NCBI GenBank assembly: GCA_021161835.1 | Contig: JAGGZV010000066.1 | Coordinates: 12,108-76,107, forward strand | Direction of reading: 5' to 3' | DNA: 64,000 nt | DNA from: Thermotogota bacterium | GTDB taxonomy: Bacteria > Thermotogota > Thermotogae > UBA12178 | Translations under genes and position numbers: made by a program | The notes under the pieces: model-generated | Seen by the model: the letters and a program-made list of their open reading frames with translations, nothing else | Databases searched by the model: none | Told to the model about the DNA's origin: nothing | Shown here: piece after piece, positions 44,489 to 53,409 of the stretch | Layout of the letters: every line of letters starts with the position of its first letter | Numbering within the stretch: position 1 is the first letter of the stretch

Positions 44489-46033
44489 ATGATATACACG
44501 GTTGTTGGTGTACTCGCCGGTGTGATAGGTGTGTTGATGGGATATCTGGTGGGCGCTTCAAGAACACGTCGAACCATGGAAAGGGAATTGCGAAGAAAAG
44601 GCCAGGATGCGGAAAGTCTTATAGAAAAGGCGAAAAAAGAAGCCGAAGAATTGAAAAAGAAAGCCATAGTTGAATCCCGGGAAGAAATACACAGAATGAG
44701 AGAGGAATTCGAGAAGGAGACCAGACGGAAGTACGAGGAGTTGAAGCATCGAGAAAGCGAGTTGAAAGGTTTTGAACAACGATTGATGCGTAAAGAAGAG
44801 AATCTTGAGAAAAAAGAGGAAAATCTTGAGAGGCAAAAGGAGCAGCTGGAACGACGTTTAAAGGAAGTTGAGAGGAAAGAGAAGGAGATAGAGGAGGAGG
44901 TCACAAAGCTCGCGGGTATGACTGTTGAAGAAGCACGCGACATCATTCTAAAACAGGCGAGGGAAAGATATGAACACGAGCTTGCGCAGATATACAAGGA
45001 GTTGAAAGATGAGTATGAAAAGGAAGCGGAGAAGCATGCCAAAAACATAATAGCTACCGCCATTCAGAAGTATGCCAGTGAAATAACAGGGGAACTCACC
45101 GTGAGTACGGTGAGTCTACCCTCCGATGATATGAAAGGAAGGATCATAGGTCGAGAGGGCAGAAATATACGAACTTTCGAAAAGGTAACCGGTGCTGATC
45201 TTATCATAGACGATACCCCTGAAGTTGTGGTGGTATCATGTTTCCATCCTTTGAGACGTGAAGTGGCGAGGATAACTCTTGAAAAACTTGTGGCCGATGG
45301 AAGGATACATCCCGCACGCATAGAAGAAATGTACGAAAAAGCCAAGCAGGAAGTGGAGCGAGTGGTGCGAGAAGCGGGAGAGGATGCGCTGTATAGGCTG
45401 GGAATAACCAAGATGCATCCAGAACTGGTGAAACTCATAGGGAGATTGAAATACAGAACGAGTTATGGTCAAAATGTTTTGGAACACTCAGTTGAGATGG
45501 CGAAGATAGGAACTCTAATAGCCAGTGAACTGGGGCTCGATGTAGATCTGGTAAAGCGGGCTGCTCTCCTTCATGATATAGGCAAGGCAGTCGATCATGA
45601 AGTCGAGGGTTCACACGCAATAATTGGAGGAGAGCTGGCTAAACGATATGGCGAGAAACCGGAGATAGTCAACGCCATAATGAGCCATCACGGAGAAGTG
45701 GAACCTTTGACCCCTGAGGCTGTTATAGTGGAAGCTGCCGATGCCATTTCAGCTTCCCGGCCGGGTGCAAGACGTGAAACCCTGGAACTGTATATGAAAA
45801 GACTGGAAAAGCTCGAGGAGATAGCCACAAGTTATAATCATGTAGAGAAAGCTTACGCTGTTCAGGCGGGTCGAGAGGTACGTGTGATAGTGGAACCCGA
45901 TAAAGTTGATGATGCAACGGCAGATTGGCTCGCTCATGAAATAGCCAGACGTATAGAAGAGGAAGTACAGTATCCAGGAGTTTTGAAGGTAACGGTTATA
46001 AGGGAGCGGAGAAGCACAGCCTATGCTTCTTGA
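44489..46033 (+). CDS. rny: Ribonuclease Y (N-terminal TM anchor, coiled coil, KH, HD)
   Basis: ATG 44489 lies 9 nt after AGGGAGGTGA. The anchor is MIYTVVGVLAGVIGVLMGYLVG. The KH domain shows GRIIGREGRNIR and the HD domain shows LLHDIGKA...HH. Confidence 0.93.
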   Translation: MIYTVVGVLAGVIGVLMGYLVGASRTRRTMERELRRKGQDAESLIEKAKKEAEELKKKAIVESREEIHRMREEFEKETRRKYEELKHRESELKGFEQRLMRKEENLEKKEENLERQKEQLERRLKEVERKEKEIEEEVTKLAGMTVEEARDIILKQARERYEHELAQIYKELKDEYEKEAEKHAKNIIATAIQKYASEITGELTVSTVSLPSDDMKGRIIGREGRNIRTFEKVTGADLIIDDTPEVVVVSCFHPLRREVARITLEKLVADGRIHPARIEEMYEKAKQEVERVVREAGEDALYRLGITKMHPELVKLIGRLKYRTSYGQNVLEHSVEMAKIGTLIASELGLDVDLVKRAALLHDIGKAVDHEVEGSHAIIGGELAKRYGEKPEIVNAIMSHHGEVEPLTPEAVIVEAADAISASRPGARRETLELYMKRLEKLEEIATSYNHVEKAYAVQAGREVRVIVEPDKVDDATADWLAHEIARRIEEEVQYPGVLKVTVIRERRSTAYAS

Positions 46034-46068
46034 CCCCTTATGAAATCTGGGGTATAATAAAGGAGCGT

Positions 46069-46144
46069 GGGGTCGTGGCGCAGCTGGGAGCGCGCTACCA
46101 TGGCACGGTAGAGGTCGTGGGTTCGAATCCCATCGACTCCACCA
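46069..46144 (+). tRNA. tRNA-Ala (anticodon GGC), CCA encoded
   Basis: I folded the cloverleaf by hand. The acceptor stem GGGGTCG/CGACTCC has the G3:U70 alanine identity pair. The D-stem is GCGC/GCGC. The anticodon stem CTACC/GGTAG carries the loop A-T-GGC-A-C. The T-arm is GTGGG-TTCGAAT-CCCAT. The discriminator is A, followed by CCA. Total length is 76 nt. Confidence 0.95.
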
Positions 46145-46180
46145 GCGGGAGCATAAAGCTCCCGCTATTGTTTATTTTTC
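46144..46180 (+). terminator. Rho-independent terminator immediately after tRNA-Ala
   Basis: The 9-bp stem AGCGGGAGC / GCTCCCGCT spans 46144-46152 and 46158-46166 with a 5-nt loop. ATTGTTTATTTTT follows. Confidence 0.7.
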
Positions 46181-47085
46181 TCCTTTTTCTATCCCTGGCT
46201 TTTGCAGGATGGCAAGTTGTGTTCGATGAAGAGATTTTAAGCACCACCCTTTCCATGATCGAGTCAGCCAGATGGGAAGTATTGATGGTCTCTTTTGGGG
46301 TAGATCATCCTGAAGTGATCGAGGCGCTGAAAATGGCGAAGAGAAGGAATGTTGATGTCTGCGTGGTGACAGATGATAGAGCTTTTTGTTCACTGGAACA
46401 CCTTGTTGATGCAAAACCTGATTCTCTCATGCATGAGAAGTGGTTGCTTGTGGATAGAAGGGTGGCCCTTGTATCCACGGCCAATTTCACCTACAGGGGT
46501 TTGAAGGAAGACAGAAATGTGGCCCTGGTGATGGATGAGGAAGGCATTGTGGATGCGCTTCTGGAAGAATTTATCAATTTCTCGAAAGGCCTCTTTTCGC
46601 GCGAGAAGACACCTGTTGTTAGATCCGGTAAAAATTGGAAGATATTTTTCGCACCTGGCTATGATCCTCTTTTGGAAATAGTAAGAGTTTTCGAGAAGGC
46701 CAGATGGAGGATTCTACTTTGTGGTTACTCCTTCACCGATCCGCAGATGACGTTGTTACTCAAGCTTCTGGCTTCAAGAGGATTGGACGTGAGACTGATA
46801 CTCGATGCTCACTGGTGTGAGAGATACGCCCACGAGGAGTTGAGCATACTCAGGAGTGGGTTGAAAGTGAGAACGTTCGATGGCGAAGGAATATTACACG
46901 CTAAGTCTATCGTAGTGGATGGAAAGTGGTTGATCCTGGGGTCTGCGAACTTCACCAGAAGTGCACGTTTCAAGAATGATGAGGTGGTTGTGATACTGGA
47001 GGATGAGGAAATAGCCGCGAAAGTTGAGAAGTGGTTCATGGAAATTTGGGAAAAACTACATGAAAAAGCATGCATCGCCGAATGA
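46168..47085 (+). CDS. Phospholipase D-like (two HKD motifs) protein, possibly membrane-anchored
   Basis: The HKD motifs are MHEKWLLVDRRVALVSTANFT and LHAKSIVVDGKWLILGSANFT. The track ORF start 46030 reads through the tRNA and is rejected. TTG 46168 would give the hydrophobic N-terminus FIFLLFLSLAFAG, but it lies in the terminator T-tract. ATG 46254 is the alternative. Confidence 0.7.
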   Translation: MFIFLLFLSLAFAGWQVVFDEEILSTTLSMIESARWEVLMVSFGVDHPEVIEALKMAKRRNVDVCVVTDDRAFCSLEHLVDAKPDSLMHEKWLLVDRRVALVSTANFTYRGLKEDRNVALVMDEEGIVDALLEEFINFSKGLFSREKTPVVRSGKNWKIFFAPGYDPLLEIVRVFEKARWRILLCGYSFTDPQMTLLLKLLASRGLDVRLILDAHWCERYAHEELSILRSGLKVRTFDGEGILHAKSIVVDGKWLILGSANFTRSARFKNDEVVVILEDEEIAAKVEKWFMEIWEKLHEKACIAE

Positions 47086-48060
47086 GAAGAATCTGTACCT
47101 CTTCTCTATCGCTTCACTGTAGGCTTTCATAACAAGTTCTCGTCCTGCGAATGCCGACACCAGGACCATAAGGGAAGACTTCGGAAGATGGAAATTGGTT
47201 ATGAGTGCATCAGTCAACTTGAAATCGAATGGCGGATATATGAACAACGATGTTCTACCTTTATAATGTCTTTTTCTTGGTTGTCTTGCTATAGTTTCCA
47301 GAACCCTTACAACCGTCGTTCCTACTGCTATGATCCTTCTCCCCGCCTCTCTGGCTTTGAAGATTTTCTCGGTGTTTTCTGTATCTATCTCGTAGTGTTC
47401 TTCGTGCATTCTGTGGTCTTCCACATTCTCCTTTTTTATGGGTCTGAAGGTACCAACTCCTACATGTAGCACCACTTCTGCTCTTTCTACACCCATTTCA
47501 TCTATTTTCCGAAGCAATTCTTCGGTGAAGTGAAGGCCTGCAGTCGGTGCTGCCACCGCTCCCGGCACCTTTGCATACACCGTTTGATAACGTACAGGAT
47601 CAACTTTTCCATGGATGTAAGGTGGCAGGGGAACTTCGCCATGTTTTTGCAATATTCCGGCCACATCGCGATCGAAACGTATGGTACGTGTACCGTCTGC
47701 ATGACGTTCTATGCATTCGCATGAAAAATCTTTACCATGCATTATAGTGCCAACTTTTACTTTGTTTCCTGGACGTACCATACACTTCCAAGTTTTCGGA
47801 TCCAGTTCTTCAAGTAACAAAAGCTCTATGCGTGCTCCGGTAGATTTGCGAAGATGCAAACGCGCAGGAATAACCTTTGTTATGTTGAAAACAAGCAAAT
47901 CACCTTTTTTGAGATATGCGGTTATATTCCTGAAAATGGCATGATGTATCTCACCGTTTTTCCTGTTTATAACCATCAATCTGGATTTATCACGTGGTTC
48001 AACAGGTTTTTGAGCTATGAGTTCTTCGGGCAACCTGTAGTCGAAATCCGAGAGTTTCAC
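47056..48060 (-). CDS. queA: S-adenosylmethionine:tRNA ribosyltransferase-isomerase
   Basis: GTG 48060 gives VKLSDFDYRLPEELIAQKPVEPRDKSRLMV, the canonical QueA N-terminus. GAVAAPTAGLHFT is also present. The 3' end overlaps the convergent PLD-like gene by 30 nt. An alternative start is TTG 48096. Confidence 0.92.
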   Translation of the reverse strand: MKLSDFDYRLPEELIAQKPVEPRDKSRLMVINRKNGEIHHAIFRNITAYLKKGDLLVFNITKVIPARLHLRKSTGARIELLLLEELDPKTWKCMVRPGNKVKVGTIMHGKDFSCECIERHADGTRTIRFDRDVAGILQKHGEVPLPPYIHGKVDPVRYQTVYAKVPGAVAAPTAGLHFTEELLRKIDEMGVERAEVVLHVGVGTFRPIKKENVEDHRMHEEHYEIDTENTEKIFKAREAGRRIIAVGTTVVRVLETIARQPRKRHYKGRTSLFIYPPFDFKLTDALITNFHLPKSSLMVLVSAFAGRELVMKAYSEAIEKRYRFFSFGDACFFM

Positions 48061-48099
48061 TCGATCAACTCCAGACCTGAAGTCTGCACCATTCAAATT

Positions 48100-49293
48100 T
48101 TACCTGAGGATTGTGAATATCAGTGCACTCACTATACCGGCCAGCGGGACCGTCAGCAACCAGGATAAAGCTATGTTTTTCAGAATTCCCACGTTTACCA
48201 CTTCCACACCTCGTGCCAATCCTACACCTGTGACGGCTCCAACCACTGTGTGGGTTGTGGAAACAGGCATACCGGTTGCCGAGGCTATGAGAACCGTTGT
48301 TGCCGTTGCAAAATCTATGGAAAAACCACGTGTGTTGTTGAGTTCGGTTATGTCCTCACCCACCGTCTTCATCACCCTGTATCCCATCAGTGATATACCG
48401 AGCGCTATACCCAATCCTCCGAATATCAAAAGGTATACCGGTATGTTAACAGCCCCGGAAAATCTTCCATATCTCAGTATAACGTAGATCAATGCCAGAG
48501 GTCCCACAGCGTTGGCAACATCGTTGGCACCGTGAGAGAAACTCACGTAACACGAAGTCATCACCTGGGCGTTTTTGAAAACCTTTTCCACGGTTTCATA
48601 GGATCTGCCATTCTTCCTTATAAATCGTCTTACCGTGAACCATGATATGAGAAAGGCCAGAATCGCTATAGGCAGGGAAACGTACACAGCTACAGAAAGA
48701 GGTTTTTTGAGAGTTTTCGCCACGAAGAGAGAAGCCATGGTGAAGAACGCTATGCCTATGAACACCGGTGCCGTGAATTTCGCTGCGTTTGCCGGTTCCT
48801 TTCTATGCAATGTTGTAAAGGTGAGGACTTTGAATATCACAAAAGAGAGAAGTCCTCCCACCAGTGGGGACACAATCCATGTGGTCACTATCTGTATCAT
48901 CTTGAACCAATTTATGGCTTCCCAACCCGCCGCCACTATACCGAAACCTATCATCCCTCCAACTATGGAGTGTGTGGTGGATACCGGTAGACCCCATAAC
49001 GTTGCGAATATTATCCATATGGCCGAGGATATCAGCGCGGCGAAGGCACCGTACACTATCAGACGAGGTTCTCCTATTTGATTGAGGTCCACTATTCCTT
49101 TAGCTATGGTGGTGGTAACGTGAGCACCGAAAAGGGAAGCACCGAGGAATTCCAGTATAGAAGCTATGAACACCGCCTGACGGGGGGTTATGGCACGTGC
49201 TCCAACAGCTGTCGCCATACTATTTGCCACATCGTTTGCTCCTATTGCAAAGGCCATACCAAATCCAACAGCAAACGCTGTGAAGATCAGCAT
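48100..49293 (-). CDS. pit: Inorganic phosphate transporter, PiT family
   Basis: Two PHO4 repeats are present, GANDVANSMAT and HGANDVANAVGP. The protein is multi-TM. A GGAGGGAG RBS precedes the start. Confidence 0.92.
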   Translation of the reverse strand: MLIFTAFAVGFGMAFAIGANDVANSMATAVGARAITPRQAVFIASILEFLGASLFGAHVTTTIAKGIVDLNQIGEPRLIVYGAFAALISSAIWIIFATLWGLPVSTTHSIVGGMIGFGIVAAGWEAINWFKMIQIVTTWIVSPLVGGLLSFVIFKVLTFTTLHRKEPANAAKFTAPVFIGIAFFTMASLFVAKTLKKPLSVAVYVSLPIAILAFLISWFTVRRFIRKNGRSYETVEKVFKNAQVMTSCYVSFSHGANDVANAVGPLALIYVILRYGRFSGAVNIPVYLLIFGGLGIALGISLMGYRVMKTVGEDITELNNTRGFSIDFATATTVLIASATGMPVSTTHTVVGAVTGVGLARGVEVVNVGILKNIALSWLLTVPLAGIVSALIFTILR

Positions 49294-49310
49294 TGCCTCT
49301 CTCCCTCCTC

Positions 49311-49985
49311 TCAGCTATGGACTATGGTGTTTATCCTTTCAACAACGTTTTCAGCATTATCCGCTATCTTCATGAGGATGATCACTAAATTGTTCAGGTA
49401 CACCACGTCCGCAGGATTCATTGAGTTTTTGAGTGCATACAGTTTCTTTCCTATTTTTATCCCTGAAACATCTGTGGCTGTTTCATCCTTTTCGACTTTC
49501 CTCGTTTCCTCTTCTTCATGCTTCAATTCTGAGGGTGAGAAAGCCGATTCCACAACATATTGAAGTTCATCTATCGCCTCCATAACTACTTCCACTGCAT
49601 CCACTGCTTCTTTCATCAGTTCTTTCATGTCTTCTACTATATCGGTTGGGCAGTTCTCTACTCTGTTCATGGTGAGCATCTTGGTGAAATCGTCGGTGAG
49701 GTCTATCAGGGCATCCTGTTCGTGTATGAGATCAGAGATATCCGGTTTACTGAAATATCCCCATCGCAATTTCGAAGAGATCATCCGGATTTTCATCTTT
49801 ATTTCGTCTGCTTTTTCTTCTAATCTGTCCACTTCATTAGCCAGTGAGGAGATATCTTCACCTTTGAAGTAATCATCCAGTGCCTGACTAGCCAGCTCAA
49901 TGGCTTTCTTGCAGTAATTGCCGTGTTCTTTTAATAACTCAACAGGCGAACTTTTCGGGAAGAGCTTCTCAAGAAACCCACTCAA
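49311..49985 (-). CDS. DUF47 / PhoU-like Pit accessory protein
   Basis: It is helical and acidic and lies directly upstream of pit, which is the usual pairing. TTG 49985 lies 6 nt after GGAGGTG. An alternative is ATG 50000, and the track start 50057 is probably too long. Confidence 0.8.
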   Translation of the reverse strand: MSGFLEKLFPKSSPVELLKEHGNYCKKAIELASQALDDYFKGEDISSLANEVDRLEEKADEIKMKIRMISSKLRWGYFSKPDISDLIHEQDALIDLTDDFTKMLTMNRVENCPTDIVEDMKELMKEAVDAVEVVMEAIDELQYVVESAFSPSELKHEEEETRKVEKDETATDVSGIKIGKKLYALKNSMNPADVVYLNNLVIILMKIADNAENVVERINTIVHS

Positions 49986-50067
49986 TTTGTACACCTCCAT
50001 GATCACGGGGTTTTCGTTTGCAATTATCGAAAGCACCCACCAAATTTTACCGTACAATTTTTAAAGG

Positions 50068-50076
50068 TGGTAGAAT
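50068..50076 (+). promoter_or_regulatory. Putative extended -10 element TGgTAGAAT upstream of proS
   Basis: TG at 50068-50069 and TAGAAT at 50071-50076 lie 40 nt before ATG 50116. Confidence 0.3.
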
Positions 50077-50115
50077 TAAGTGATTTCTCAACTCGACACG
50101 GAGGTGATAACACAC

Positions 50116-51843
50116 ATGCGCTTTTCGCAGTTGTATGCACCCACCAGAAAAGAGAAACCTGCAGATGCGGAGCTGATAAGTCAAGAATTGTTACAACGTG
50201 GTGGATTCGTCAGGCGGGTTGCTTCGGGTATATTTTCTTATCTTCCTCTCGGCTGGCGTGTTATAAGAAAAGTGGAAAATATTGTGCGTGAGGAGATGGA
50301 AAACATCGGAGCTCAGGAAATCATGATGCCCATAATCCAACCCGCAGAAATATGGCAGATCACCGGCAGATGGGACGATTACGGTCCCGAGATGATGAAA
50401 CTGCACGACAGGCACGACAGATTGTTCACTCTGGGCCCTACTCATGAAGAGATGATAACGCATCTCGTGAGAGATGAATTGGTATCTTACAAGCAGCTTC
50501 CCGTCACTCTCTACCAGATAGCCAACAAGTATAGGGACGAAATACGTCCGCGTTTTGGCATAATGCGTGCAAGAGAATTTATCATGAAGGATGCGTACAG
50601 TTTTCACGATTCATGGGAGAGTCTCGATGAAACCTATGGGGAGTTTTACAGGGCTTATTCGCGGATAATGGAAAGATTGGGATTGAACTACGTGGTGGTG
50701 GAAGCTGCCACCGGTGCCATAGGCGGTAGTGAGTCGCACGAGTTCAGTGTTCTGGCGAATACCGGTGAAAGCACTATTTTGATTTGCGATAAATGCGGGT
50801 ATTCCGCTACCAGCGAGAGAGCCGAATACAGGGTGGATTACGACGAGGTCGGTGAAGAGGAGAAACCTCTTGAAAAGGTTCCCACACCAGGTGTCAAAAG
50901 TATTGAAGAAGTTTCCAGTTTCCTGGGTTGTTCACCATCGCGAATAGTTAAGTCACTGTTGTTCAAAGGAAAAGATGGAATGGTAATGGCTCTCATAAGA
51001 GGAGACCTTGAATTGAACGTGGACAAGTTGAAAGCGGTGCTGAAGGATCAAACGCTGGAACTTGCTGACCAGGATAGCGTTCTTGAAGAGGTTGGAGTGC
51101 CTGTAGGGTTTGTGGGTCCTGTGGGCATGAGTGGTAAAGTTGTGAAGATAGTGGGCGATCTGAGTGTCAAGGGCATGAAAAACTATGTGGTCGGTGGCAT
51201 GGAAGAAGATACACATTATGTGAACGCCAATCATGGTCGTGATTTTAAGGTGGACGAATGGGTCGACATAAAATTGGTGGTGGAAGGAGATCCCTGTCCC
51301 AGATGTGGGGCACCTTTGAACGGTACCAGAGGGATAGAACTCGGGCACATCTTCAAGCTTGGAACCAAATATTCTGAATCGATGCAAGTTTATTTCACGG
51401 ATAAAGACGGGCAACGTAAGCCTTTCATAATGGGATGTTACGGCTGGGGTATTTCCAGAACCATGGCTGCAGCTGTTGAGCAACTTCACGATGAAAAAGG
51501 GATAATATGGCCACTTTCCATTGCACCGTATAGAATTGTAGTGACGATTGTCAACATGGGCGATGAGGAACAAGTACGAGCAGGTGAAAGGGTGTATGCT
51601 CATCTCAAAGGCGCGGGTTTAGATGTTGTACTCGATGATAGACAGGTAAGTGCGGGCTTCAAATTCAACGATGCGGACCTCATAGGTTTTCCTGTACGTG
51701 TGACGGTAGGTAGGAAGATCAGAAAAGGTCTTGTGGAAATAAAGAAAAGGTACGAGCGAGAAGGAGCGGAAGTATCAGCGGAAAGTGTGGTACAGGGGGT
51801 TCTAAATGCTCTGGAAACATACGATCCACATTCAGGGAAGTGA
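50116..51843 (+). CDS. proS: Prolyl-tRNA synthetase (bacterial type with INS editing domain)
   Basis: ATG 50116 follows GGAGGTGA and gives [19 protein letters not shown]. Motif 2 is [26 protein letters not shown] middle insertion domain is present, and GCYGWGISR lies near the C-terminus. Confidence 0.95.
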   Translation: MRFSQLYAPTRKEKPADAELISQELLQRGGFVRRVASGIFSYLPLGWRVIRKVENIVREEMENIGAQEIMMPIIQPAEIWQITGRWDDYGPEMMKLHDRHDRLFTLGPTHEEMITHLVRDELVSYKQLPVTLYQIANKYRDEIRPRFGIMRAREFIMKDAYSFHDSWESLDETYGEFYRAYSRIMERLGLNYVVVEAATGAIGGSESHEFSVLANTGESTILICDKCGYSATSERAEYRVDYDEVGEEEKPLEKVPTPGVKSIEEVSSFLGCSPSRIVKSLLFKGKDGMVMALIRGDLELNVDKLKAVLKDQTLELADQDSVLEEVGVPVGFVGPVGMSGKVVKIVGDLSVKGMKNYVVGGMEEDTHYVNANHGRDFKVDEWVDIKLVVEGDPCPRCGAPLNGTRGIELGHIFKLGTKYSESMQVYFTDKDGQRKPFIMGCYGWGISRTMAAAVEQLHDEKGIIWPLSIAPYRIVVTIVNMGDEEQVRAGERVYAHLKGAGLDVVLDDRQVSAGFKFNDADLIGFPVRVTVGRKIRKGLVEIKKRYEREGAEVSAESVVQGVLNALETYDPHSGK

Positions 51844-51847
51844 GAAC

Positions 51848-52747
51848 ATGAGTTTACTGGGTTTTCTCCGTACGGGTTTGACCAAAAGTAGAAATGCTTT
51901 TTTCAGAAAGATAGGGGAATTGTTGAAAGGATCAAAAGGTATCGATGAGGTGCGGGAAGATCTGGAAGAAACTTTGATTCTTGCAGATGTAGGGGTTGTC
52001 ACCACCGAGAAAATACTCTCTGAACTGGAAAACAGGTTGAATGGGGCAGGTGAAAAGGATCCCTTGGAAGAGCTCAAGGATATCCTCGTGGACATACTCG
52101 GAGGGGAAGATGTACCCGATATCGATACGTGTATCCGCCCCTATGTGATTTCGGTGGTAGGTGTGAACGGTACAGGGAAAACCACCACCATAGCTAAACT
52201 GGCTCACATGTTGATCAGGAAGGGAAAAAAAGTGGTTCTCGCCGCTGCTGATACGTTCCGCGCTGCGGCGATAGAGCAATTGAAAATCTGGGGGGAGCGT
52301 GTTGGAGCAACGGTAATAGCTCACGATTTGGGAGCAGATGCTGGTGCAGTTGCCTACGATGCTGTGAACCATGCCAGGGCTCGCGGCAAGGATGTGGTGA
52401 TAATAGATACGGCAGGACGATTACACACCAAACACAATTTGATGGAAGAATTGAAGAAAATACACAGGGTTGTTGGTAAGGTGGTCAACGGGGCTCCCCA
52501 TGAAGTGTTGTTAGTTATAGACGCGACAACTGGACAGAACGGTCTGATGCAGGCAAGGGTTTTCAAAGACGAAGTTGGTGTGACAGGTGTGGTGGTCACG
52601 AAGCTGGATGGAACGGCGAAAGGAGGGATTGTTATACCCATAAGATACGAGCTGGGTGTACCCATAAAACTCGTGGGTTTTGGAGAAGGACTTGAAGATC
52701 TTAAACCTTTCTCACCGAGGGACTATGTGGAGGCGCTTCTGTCATGA
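51848..52747 (+). CDS. ftsY: Signal recognition particle receptor FtsY (short N-terminus + NG domain)
   Basis: Motifs seen are [33 protein letters not shown] and [13 protein letters not shown] 51848 lies just after the proS stop. Confidence 0.93.
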   Translation: MSLLGFLRTGLTKSRNAFFRKIGELLKGSKGIDEVREDLEETLILADVGVVTTEKILSELENRLNGAGEKDPLEELKDILVDILGGEDVPDIDTCIRPYVISVVGVNGTGKTTTIAKLAHMLIRKGKKVVLAAADTFRAAAIEQLKIWGERVGATVIAHDLGADAGAVAYDAVNHARARGKDVVIIDTAGRLHTKHNLMEELKKIHRVVGKVVNGAPHEVLLVIDATTGQNGLMQARVFKDEVGVTGVVVTKLDGTAKGGIVIPIRYELGVPIKLVGFGEGLEDLKPFSPRDYVEALLS

Positions 52748-53406
52748 AGGAATTCTGGTTCAAGACATTCAAATGTCCCATATGCAAAACTCTGTTCGAG
52801 GCTCCAATGGTCTTCAGCGAAGCCATCAAGATAAAGAAAAGGGATGATGATCTTCGTCCGGTGTATCAGGGTATCAACGCGATATACTACGGTTTGATAA
52901 CATGTCCTAATTGTCTTTTCACCGCCTTTGAACATGACTACGATGGACTCTCAAAGGAGATAGCCGGGGATCTGAAAGACAAGATCGAAAAGGTACTGGA
53001 GAGAGCCAAGGTTCAATATGGAGATATAAATCTGGGAACAGATCGAACGGCTGAAGATGCCGTGATGTTGCATGTTATAGCTGCGGCCATATATACCCTT
53101 TTGAACAAACCGAATCGTCTGGCAGAGATTTACCTCAGACTGGCATGGCTGTACAGGGAGCAGGGTAACAAAAAGAAAGAGTTGCATGCTCTTGGCAGAG
53201 CGCTGGTCAATTTCAACAGAGTGTACGATACGGCAGAAGATTACGAACAGATACAACGCTGTCTCTTCTACATGGGGGAGATAAACAGAAAATTGGGGAA
53301 GCGTGATGAGGCGGTGAAGTATTTCTCCATTCTTCTGAGCAAATACAGAAGTGGGGGGAATTCCATCTATGTACGAACAGCTCAATTGAACAGGAGGGAG
53401 ATTTGA
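52744..53406 (+). CDS. DUF2225-like protein (N-terminal zinc-ribbon CxxC...CxxC + TPR-like helical domain)
   Basis: The zinc-ribbon cysteines are FKCPICKTLF and ITCPNCLFTAF. A helical C-terminal half follows. It overlaps ftsY as ATGA. Confidence 0.6.
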   Translation: MKEFWFKTFKCPICKTLFEAPMVFSEAIKIKKRDDDLRPVYQGINAIYYGLITCPNCLFTAFEHDYDGLSKEIAGDLKDKIEKVLERAKVQYGDINLGTDRTAEDAVMLHVIAAAIYTLLNKPNRLAEIYLRLAWLYREQGNKKKELHALGRALVNFNRVYDTAEDYEQIQRCLFYMGEINRKLGKRDEAVKYFSILLSKYRSGGNSIYVRTAQLNRREI

Positions 53407-53409
53407 AGT

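Noticed and set aside
44560-44900. Repetitive GAA/AAG-rich DNA that looks like a tandem repeat
   Set aside because: It encodes the Glu/Lys-rich coiled coil of RNase Y. There is no exact DNA repeat unit and no spacers, so it is neither a CRISPR nor a satellite. The same applies to the coiled-coil regions at 12.5-13.6 kb and 53.5-54.6 kb.
46030-46167. N-terminal part of track ORF 46030..47085
   Set aside because: This segment is the tRNA-Ala gene and its terminator read as protein (…VVAQLGARYHGTVEVVGSNPIDS…). It is not coding.
46069-47085. tRNA-adjacent genomic island or integration site next to the PLD-like gene
   Set aside because: No integrase, recombinase or phage gene is present. I did not spot a direct repeat of the tRNA 3' end downstream. 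The next genes (queA, pit) are housekeeping.
47056-47085. 30-nt overlap of the convergent PLD-like and queA 3' ends as a possible antisense regulatory arrangement
   Set aside because: Both ORFs simply run to their first stop, and convergent overlaps of this size are common in compact genomes. No hairpin or other signal is visible.
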